Positions 26,001-32,086 of a stretch of 64,000 nt of DNA are shown here, piece after piece. The notes beneath the pieces were generated by a model. The model had not been told where the DNA came from. It saw nothing but the letters and a program-made list of their open reading frames with translations, and ran no database searches. The stretch's first letter is position 1, and the number at the start of each line of letters is the position of its first letter. This stretch comes from Vescimonas coprocola (GTDB lineage Bacteria > Bacillota_I > Bacilli_A > RF39 > UBA660): the NCBI GenBank assembly GCA_963660615.1, contig CAVKYE010000002.1, positions 24,073-88,072 of the forward strand. The letters are read 5' to 3'. A program made the position numbers and the translations under genes.

Positions 26001-26612
26001 ATAGAAAGGCCAAAAAGAAGAAAAGATAAATATAATCCTTATGTTATTTCTATAGAGGATAATATATACAAAGTTTCTTTTAAAGATGTTAAAGGCAAAA
26101 TACAAATAGTCATAATAACAAGAGAAATTTTTGATTTATTGAATACTTTTGAATTAGAAGATTTATCTATAATGAATGAATATGATAATCACATTGAACA
26201 TAGTGAGTTAATGGAACATAATTTATATGTTAGAGCAAAAGAAAAGCCATTGAGTATAGAAAATGAAGTAATGAAGAAAATATCTTTTGAAATTTTGAAA
26301 GAAGCAATATCTATGTTGCCTGATATACAAAGACGTCGAATTAAAAAATATTATTTTGAGGATAAGACTGAGCAACAAATAGCCGATGAAGAGGGAACAA
26401 CCCATCAAGCAGTACATACTATATTAGAAAGAGCAAAAAATAATTTAAAAGAAATTTTAAAAAATTTAATTAAGTGTTTGCAATTTAGCGTTTTAGTTAG
26501 GAAACAAGTGAAAGGGTATTTATTATTCTTTCTCCTGTTTCCTTTTTGTTTTGGTAATAGGATGTTGTTCTTTGAAACCTTAATACGCATTCATCAAATA
26601 CATTCCTATTAA
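26001..26612 (+). CDS. sigma-70 region-4 / HTH regulator typical of clostridial serine-recombinase elements
   Basis: ERPKRRKDKYNPYVISIEDNIYKVSFKD... and LPDIQRRRIKKYYFEDKTEQQIADEEGTTHQAVHTILERAKNNLKEIL (region 4.2-like HTH). There is no in-frame ATG/GTG/TTG near the SD. The first plausible codon is ATA at 26001 and the next ATG is at MNEYDNH. Confidence 0.55.
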   Translation: MERPKRRKDKYNPYVISIEDNIYKVSFKDVKGKIQIVIITREIFDLLNTFELEDLSIMNEYDNHIEHSELMEHNLYVRAKEKPLSIENEVMKKISFEILKEAISMLPDIQRRRIKKYYFEDKTEQQIADEEGTTHQAVHTILERAKNNLKEILKNLIKCLQFSVLVRKQVKGYLLFFLLFPFCFGNRMLFFETLIRIHQIHSY

Positions 26613-26658
26613 AAATAGCACGTTAGTAAGTGCGCTTGCGATAAACACTTGACTATAA

Positions 26659-26677
26659 AATTAGGTAGCACCTAATT
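26659..26677. promoter_or_regulatory. palindromic operator-like site AATTAGGT-AGC-ACCTAATT
   Basis: Perfect 8-bp arms overlapping a TTGACT hexamer upstream of mazF. Confidence 0.45.
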
Positions 26678-26680
26678 TGC

Positions 26681-26706
26681 AAAGACATTTAATAAAGACA
26701 TTTAAT
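26681..26706 (+). repeat. tandem 13-bp direct repeat (aaagacatttaat x2)
   Basis: Two exact adjacent copies, read directly. Confidence 0.6.
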
Positions 26707-26792
26707 AGAATTAAAGATACTCCTGTCTCGCCATAATCTCAAATAATGGAGGCAGCCTAGAGAGAACCTCTAGAAGGTGTAATTCTTGTGAT

Positions 26793-26811
26793 ATTGAATT
26801 AGCAATTCAAT
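26793..26811. promoter_or_regulatory. palindromic operator-like site ATTGAATT-AGC-AATTCAAT
   Basis: Perfect 8-bp arms with the same AGC spacer as the site at 26659. Confidence 0.45.
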
Positions 26812-26907
26812 AGTTTGATGAATCCCATATTGTGGGGCTAGAGGATAAATAACAATAAGAAATAATAAAAGGGATATATTCCCTAATTACATATTAAGGA
26901 GGAAAAA

Positions 26908-27264
26908 ATGAACACATTAAAAGGAAGCATATATTATGCGGATTTAGATCCTGTTATAGGAAGCGAACAAGGAGGAATACGTCCAGTTGTTATTCTGCAA
27001 AATAGTATTCAAAACTATTATAGTGAAACAACGGTAGTTGCACCTATCACTACAAAAGTTAAAACCGGAGGCTTTCACGTCTTTTTAAAAGCGGATAAAA
27101 CATTAAAGAATGATTCAGTAATATTGTTAGAACAGATACGAACTATTGATAAATCGCGTCTACTAACTTATATAGGTAAACTTTCACAAGAACATTACAG
27201 AAAAGTGAATAACGCCTTAAAGAAAATGTTCTATTTAGATTGGGAAGTACACAATGTAAAATAA
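26908..27264 (+). CDS. MazF/PemK-family endoribonuclease toxin
   Basis: GSIYYADLDPVIGSEQGGIRPVVILQN...VVAPIT...DSVILLEQIRTIDKSRL. Strong AAGGAGG SD. Confidence 0.9.
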   Translation: MNTLKGSIYYADLDPVIGSEQGGIRPVVILQNSIQNYYSETTVVAPITTKVKTGGFHVFLKADKTLKNDSVILLEQIRTIDKSRLLTYIGKLSQEHYRKVNNALKKMFYLDWEVHNVK

Positions 27265-27472
27265 TTTGTTGCACCAATTATGTGATGATATAAGTTAAAA
27301 TAATTAATTATGTAGGTATCAAAGGAATTAAGAACTAATACTATATTTTAGCCACCACTAAAACAACGTGGCAAATAATAAAAAGCATTTTACTATGTTT
27401 TTTATTTTGTCGTAAATAGAAGAAAAAAAGAATAATATTTAATAGAAAATTATCATATGAAAGGAGCATGGG

Positions 27473-27673
27473 ATGAAAACATATAAAGTAAAAGTGAAGT
27501 TGCAGACAAATATTGATGTATCTGCTACAAGTAAAGAAGAATCAATCGAAAAAGTAAAAAAATTAATAAAGGACTGCGTTAACGAAAAAACATTTGAAGC
27601 CCTAAAAAGCCTATTGATAGAATGCAGTGAAATAAAATATACTTCAAAACTTATAAAAAAAGAACATCGTTAA
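27473..27673 (+). CDS. hypothetical 66-aa K/E-rich protein
   Basis: AAAGGAG SD. No family recognised. Confidence 0.45.
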   Translation: MKTYKVKVKLQTNIDVSATSKEESIEKVKKLIKDCVNEKTFEALKSLLIECSEIKYTSKLIKKEHR

Positions 27674-27696
27674 CAAAAAGTATAGGGGGTAAAAAG

Positions 27697-27795
27697 ATGT
27701 ATGAAATTATAAATGTTTTTTCAAGCACAGATGAACTAAAACAAGAAAATTTTAATAAAGTATTAGCAGAATTAATTTTCAAACTAGAAAATAAC
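27697..27795 (+). CDS. candidate 32-aa ORF (MYEIINVFSSTDELKQENFNKVLAELIFQTRK)
   Basis: GGGGGT SD-like sequence 6 nt upstream. Located immediately upstream of the recombinase gene. Not in the ORF track because it is too short. Confidence 0.3.
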
Positions 27796-27881
27796 ACCAC
27801 CACACATTTGAATCTTGAATAATCTCATAATATGATTATTTCGTATTATAAGCCATTAACGAAAGGTAGAGTGATAATACT

Positions 27882-29951
27882 ATGTTTGAACAAAAAGTTT
27901 TTATAAGAAATGGAGATGAAAGAGTAGGTGGTTATGTAAGAATTTCTCAAAAAGACCGTACAAAACTAACACCAAACCAATTAAGTGCTAGTATTGAAAA
28001 TCAAATCACAATGTTAAAAGACTATTGTGATAACAATAAATGGAATTTAGTTAATATATATTGTGACGAAGATATATCTGGTGCCGACCAAACAAGGCCT
28101 GAGTTTAATAAGCTTATTAAGGATTGTGAAAGTGGTAAAATAAATGTTGTTTTATGCAAAGCACAGGATAGATTTGCGAGAGATATGGAAATGATTGAAA
28201 AATATGTTCACAACAAATTTATTGAGTGGGGAGTTAGATTTATAACAATTGTAGACCACGCAGATAATGCTGTTATGGAAAATAAAAAGAACCGTCAAAT
28301 AACAGGGCTTACAAATGAATGGTTACTAGAAGATATGTCAAATAATATAAGAACCACATTAAACTCAAAAAGAAAAAATGGTGACTTTGTAAGTTCTTTC
28401 GCCCCTTACGGGTATAAAAAAATAAGAGATTCAAGGAAGAAAATACATTTAGTTATAGACCCTGTCGCTGCTGAAGTAGTTAAAAAAATATTTAATGACT
28501 TTAACAGTGGCAATTCTATCAGGTCTATTGCAAGAGATTTAAATGAACGATGTATTTTAAGTCCTTCAGAATACAAAAAGAAAAATGGAGAAAACATACA
28601 TATTCCTACAAAAATAATTAACTCAAACAAGTTCGAAAATTCATCAGCATATATCTTAAAATATAATTACTTTAGTGATAATTTAAAAATTAACACTAAA
28701 GTTCATTTGTTTTGCAAAGTAGATGTTTCGTCACCAGAATTAGTCAAAAATATTGAACTTAAAGTATTTGGTGGCAATCAAAGTAAAATTTATTATACAA
28801 AATATGATTTTAATACTGATAACATTTTGGAAGCAAAAAAACAATATAAAAAATGGATAAAATTAGAAGACTCAAATGAGATACCATCAAACGTAAAGTA
28901 CATAAGAGTTGATTTTAATGTAAACAAACTTTATGAAGAATTAAGTATTGAATTTGAATTAAAAATAAACAAAAATATTAATAGAGATTATGTGAGCATC
29001 TCTCATATTTCTTATATAAAAAATGAATTGATGGAGAAACATTTCCAATTAAATGCAAGATACAAAAGCAAATGGAAAAAGGAAAAGGTGAGAGAAATAA
29101 TCAAAGACCTTGTTTACATTGGCACATTAGCCCAGGGTAAAAGAACTACCATAAGTTATAAAAATAAAAAGGTAGTAAACATACCTAAGAGTCAATGGAT
29201 AATAGTACCTAATGTTCACGAACCAATAGTAAGTAAAAAGACTTATTTGAAAGCACAAGAGCAACTAAACAGTCTTAGTAAGTCAGTATCAACTCCAGAA
29301 GTCAATATGTTTTCAGGTATCTTAAAATGTGGATATTGTGGTCGGAATTTTAGAGCAACAAAATGTGGCCGTGCTGGTGATAAAAATCAAGTATCATATT
29401 TTATATGTGCTGATAGAAGTGAAAAGTTTATTAATTGCAAGAATAGAACGCAATTAAGACAAGACACTTTAAAAGAGTTAACACTAAACGAAATTAACAA
29501 GATAATCAAAAACTTGAAAGAGGATTCCACACTTTCGAAATTTTACCAAGATAACGTTGAACATCATAGTGGAATAGATGATAAATACAACGCATTAGTA
29601 TTAGAAAATGAAAGACTTATTAAAGAAAAAGAAAAAAAAAACCATTACTCGAAAGGACTTTATGAAAATAAAATAAATGGATTCATTGATGAAGAAGAAT
29701 TTGTTACATATAAACAGTCATATAAAGATGAAATAAAAAAAATAGAAGAAAGACAATTAAAAATTATAGAAGAACAAGAAGCCTTGAAACTCAAAAAAGA
29801 GGATATTAAAAATATTAAAGAAATAGTAAAGAAGTATGATACATTAACAGAACTTAATTATGATGTCATTCACGAACTTATTAGTGAAATAACTATTGGC
29901 GTTAAAGAAGAGGGCAAACCAAGAAAAATTTCATTTAAATGGAATTTTTAA
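27882..29951 (+). CDS. large serine recombinase
   Basis: Resolvase catalytic domain (GGYVRISQKD with the Ser at residue 22). Recombinase domain (FAPYGYKK, LVIDPVAAEVVKKIF, VYIGTLAQGK). Zinc ribbon (CGYCGRNF...C...C). Long K/E coiled coil and C-terminal tail. The stop is 25 bp from the right junction core. Confidence 0.92.
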   Translation: MFEQKVFIRNGDERVGGYVRISQKDRTKLTPNQLSASIENQITMLKDYCDNNKWNLVNIYCDEDISGADQTRPEFNKLIKDCESGKINVVLCKAQDRFARDMEMIEKYVHNKFIEWGVRFITIVDHADNAVMENKKNRQITGLTNEWLLEDMSNNIRTTLNSKRKNGDFVSSFAPYGYKKIRDSRKKIHLVIDPVAAEVVKKIFNDFNSGNSIRSIARDLNERCILSPSEYKKKNGENIHIPTKIINSNKFENSSAYILKYNYFSDNLKINTKVHLFCKVDVSSPELVKNIELKVFGGNQSKIYYTKYDFNTDNILEAKKQYKKWIKLEDSNEIPSNVKYIRVDFNVNKLYEELSIEFELKINKNINRDYVSISHISYIKNELMEKHFQLNARYKSKWKKEKVREIIKDLVYIGTLAQGKRTTISYKNKKVVNIPKSQWIIVPNVHEPIVSKKTYLKAQEQLNSLSKSVSTPEVNMFSGILKCGYCGRNFRATKCGRAGDKNQVSYFICADRSEKFINCKNRTQLRQDTLKELTLNEINKIIKNLKEDSTLSKFYQDNVEHHSGIDDKYNALVLENERLIKEKEKKNHYSKGLYENKINGFIDEEEFVTYKQSYKDEIKKIEERQLKIIEEQEALKLKKEDIKNIKEIVKKYDTLTELNYDVIHELISEITIGVKEEGKPRKISFKWNF

Positions 29952-29961
29952 AAAAACTTTT

Positions 29962-29991
29962 TTTCTACGCCTAAGGTATATACAAGCATAT
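29962..29991. repeat. right junction (attR-like), 30 bp
   Basis: tttctacgcctaaggtatatacaagcatat is the exact reverse complement of 16035-16064. Core gtatatac at 29976-29983. Confidence 0.8.
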
Positions 29992-30017
29992 CCTTGATAT
30001 CCGCCATAATAATACAT
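29976..30017 (-). pseudogene. N-terminal part of the split YjcZ-type gene
   Basis: The minus strand reads aggaggaataatt-ATG then MYYYGGYQGYACIY, running into the junction core. As integrated it reads on into the element (..LRRRKKVFLKIPFK*). Confidence 0.55.
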
Positions 30018-30153
30018 AATTATTCCTCCTATCTAACTTCAGTATATTGTACGCAACTTAACACATTTTGGATATTAAAAACACCTATTTTTTATTTTGT
30101 ACTACAAAATATTTAAATAATATGATATTATATTATAAGATAGGAGCGTAAGT

Positions 30154-31326
30154 ATGAATCAATCTTTAAAAAAAATAATCAAAGATTTAGATAAACCATT
30201 ATTATTATTAACAATAGTGGGCTTTACTTTCGGTCTTCTTACCATAGTAACAGCCTCATCAAGAGCCGCTGTTGTTAACTATGATGTATCAATATATTAC
30301 TATTTTTTTAAACAACTAGCATTTATTGGCTTAGGTGTCATTATAGCCATAGCAATATTAAAAACCGATACTAAAAAATATAAAATGCTAGTACCACTTT
30401 TATTCGTAATAATGATAATATTAAATATTATAGCTTTAAAATCGGAAGCCTTATCCGGTTCTCATAACTGGATAGACCTAAAATTTTTCAAACTACAACC
30501 AAGTGAACTATCAAAACCCGTAATCATCGCCATTCTCGCCATATTATTTGAAAAATACTATCGTAAACTCAGAACCCAAAACATCCCCCATTACGAAATG
30601 ATTGGAAAAATATGCTTAGTTGCCATGATAATACCTGCCATTGTCTTTTTCCAAAAAGACCTAGGAACCCTCATCATAATATCATTCATAATATTCATCA
30701 TGATGTTATCAAGCCCAATATTAAAAATAGAAAAATTAAAATACATGCTCTTAATTTTAATAACAATCATAATTGGAGTAGCCATCTATACAGCATCCGG
30801 CGGACAAATTCTAAACGATGCTAGAAAATCAAGATTTTCATCTTGGCTAGATCCTTGCGGGCAATATGAATCAGGCGGTTATCAAGTATGTAATAGTTAC
30901 ATAGCTATAAATGATGGAGGCTTTACCGGACTTGGAATAGGCAAAAGTAAACAAAAATATTCATACATTCCAGAACCTCACACCGACTCAGCCTTTGCCA
31001 TCATAGCCGAAGAATACGGCGTTTATAGAACCATATTTATATTTTTAGGATACACAATAATATTGTGGCGTACACTAGCAATAGCCGCAAAAGCCTCAAC
31101 TCTAAGAGGAAGATACATATGTGTCGGTGTAGCATCCTATATATTTGCTCACATATTCATAAACATGGGTGGAATGTTTGGCGTAATCCCCTTAACCGGA
31201 GTTCCATTACCATTCTTTAGTTACGGAGGAAGTTTCGCCATATCACTAATCGCATCCCTTGCCATGGTTCAAAGAGTTGCCGTTGAAACAAAAAACAAAA
31301 AAATAAAAATAAAATCCCCAAATTAG
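30154..31326 (+). CDS. FtsW/RodA/SpoVE-family peptidoglycan glycosyltransferase
   Basis: About 10 TM helices, with the SEDS motifs FKLQPSELSKP, PEPHTDSAFAII and PLTGVPLPFFSYGGS. Confidence 0.9.
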   Translation: MNQSLKKIIKDLDKPLLLLTIVGFTFGLLTIVTASSRAAVVNYDVSIYYYFFKQLAFIGLGVIIAIAILKTDTKKYKMLVPLLFVIMIILNIIALKSEALSGSHNWIDLKFFKLQPSELSKPVIIAILAILFEKYYRKLRTQNIPHYEMIGKICLVAMIIPAIVFFQKDLGTLIIISFIIFIMMLSSPILKIEKLKYMLLILITIIIGVAIYTASGGQILNDARKSRFSSWLDPCGQYESGGYQVCNSYIAINDGGFTGLGIGKSKQKYSYIPEPHTDSAFAIIAEEYGVYRTIFIFLGYTIILWRTLAIAAKASTLRGRYICVGVASYIFAHIFINMGGMFGVIPLTGVPLPFFSYGGSFAISLIASLAMVQRVAVETKNKKIKIKSPN

Positions 31327-31414
31327 ATTAAGAAATTAATCTTTTTTTTGTTTAAAAAAAGGAAAAACAAAAATTTTGTCGTATCATAATAATAGGGAGA
31401 CTAGAAAGGAAGAT

Positions 31415-32086
31415 ATGATAAAAGAAAAAATAATAAAATTTAAAATACCACTAATAATAATTGGAATAATTTTAGTAATTATAGTATCACTAATAACTAC
31501 CAAAGAAGAAGAATTTGATGAACCAGTAATCGAAAAAGAAAAAAACGTAAAAACAAAAGTCAAAGAAGAAACTACCATAAAAGTAGACCTAAAAGGCGAA
31601 GTAAATGCCATTGGCGTATATGAAATGAAAACAAACGAGCGTATAAGCGATCTCATAAACAAAGCTGGAGGTCTTACCAAAAACGCCGACACCTCACTTA
31701 TCAACCTTAGTAAAAAACTAGAAGACCAAATGGTAATAATCATCTATAGCAAAACAGAAGTAAACAAAATGAAAAACCAAAACAAAGAAGAAAAAATAAC
31801 ATGTCCAGAAGTAAACGACGGATGCATAACAACCGAAAAAGCAGAAACCCTGCTAGATAAAAGCAGCACTTCAAAAGAAACAAAAACTACATCATCTCAA
31901 ATAAACATAAATACCGCAACCGAAGAAGAACTACAAACATTAAGTGGAATAGGAGAGAGTAGAGCCAAAGCCATAATAGAATATAGAAACCAAAAAGGAA
32001 AATTCGAAAAAATAGAAGACATAAAAAATGTCTCAGGAATAGGCGACGCCTTATATGAAAAAATCAAGTCAAATATTACCGTTTGA
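31415..32086 (+). CDS. comEA: competence protein ComEA (SLBB + helix-hairpin-helix DNA-binding)
   Basis: N-terminal TM and C-terminal ININTATEEELQTLSGIGESRAKAIIEYRNQKGKFEKIEDIKNVSGIG. Start placed at the ATG following AAAGGAAG. Confidence 0.85.
   Translation: MIKEKIIKFKIPLIIIGIILVIIVSLITTKEEEFDEPVIEKEKNVKTKVKEETTIKVDLKGEVNAIGVYEMKTNERISDLINKAGGLTKNADTSLINLSKKLEDQMVIIIYSKTEVNKMKNQNKEEKITCPEVNDGCITTEKAETLLDKSSTSKETKTTSSQININTATEEELQTLSGIGESRAKAIIEYRNQKGKFEKIEDIKNVSGIGDALYEKIKSNITV

Larger units (their letters stand above)
16043..29983. mobile_element. about 13.9-kb integrative element carrying a large serine recombinase (non-phage, non-conjugative by content)
   Basis: Bounded by the 8-bp core gtatatac within 30-bp junction repeats. 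The flanks are two halves of one small gene. The recombinase gene lies at the right edge. Base composition differs from the flanks. It also carries a transposase remnant and a toxin gene. Confidence 0.8.

Noticed and set aside
16043-29983. The element as a prophage or a conjugative element.
   Set aside because: I found no terminase, portal, capsid, tail or lysis genes. I also found no relaxase, coupling protein or type IV secretion genes in any frame of the ORF track.
16035-29991. The perfect 30-bp inverted repeats read as the ends of an invertible (phase-variation) segment.
   Set aside because: The outer flanks are two halves of one small gene in the same orientation. The interior has foreign composition. 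The enzyme is a large serine recombinase with a zinc ribbon and coiled coil, not a small invertase. Symmetric attB/attP half-sites explain the inverted identity. Inversion as a side reaction is not excluded (see findings).
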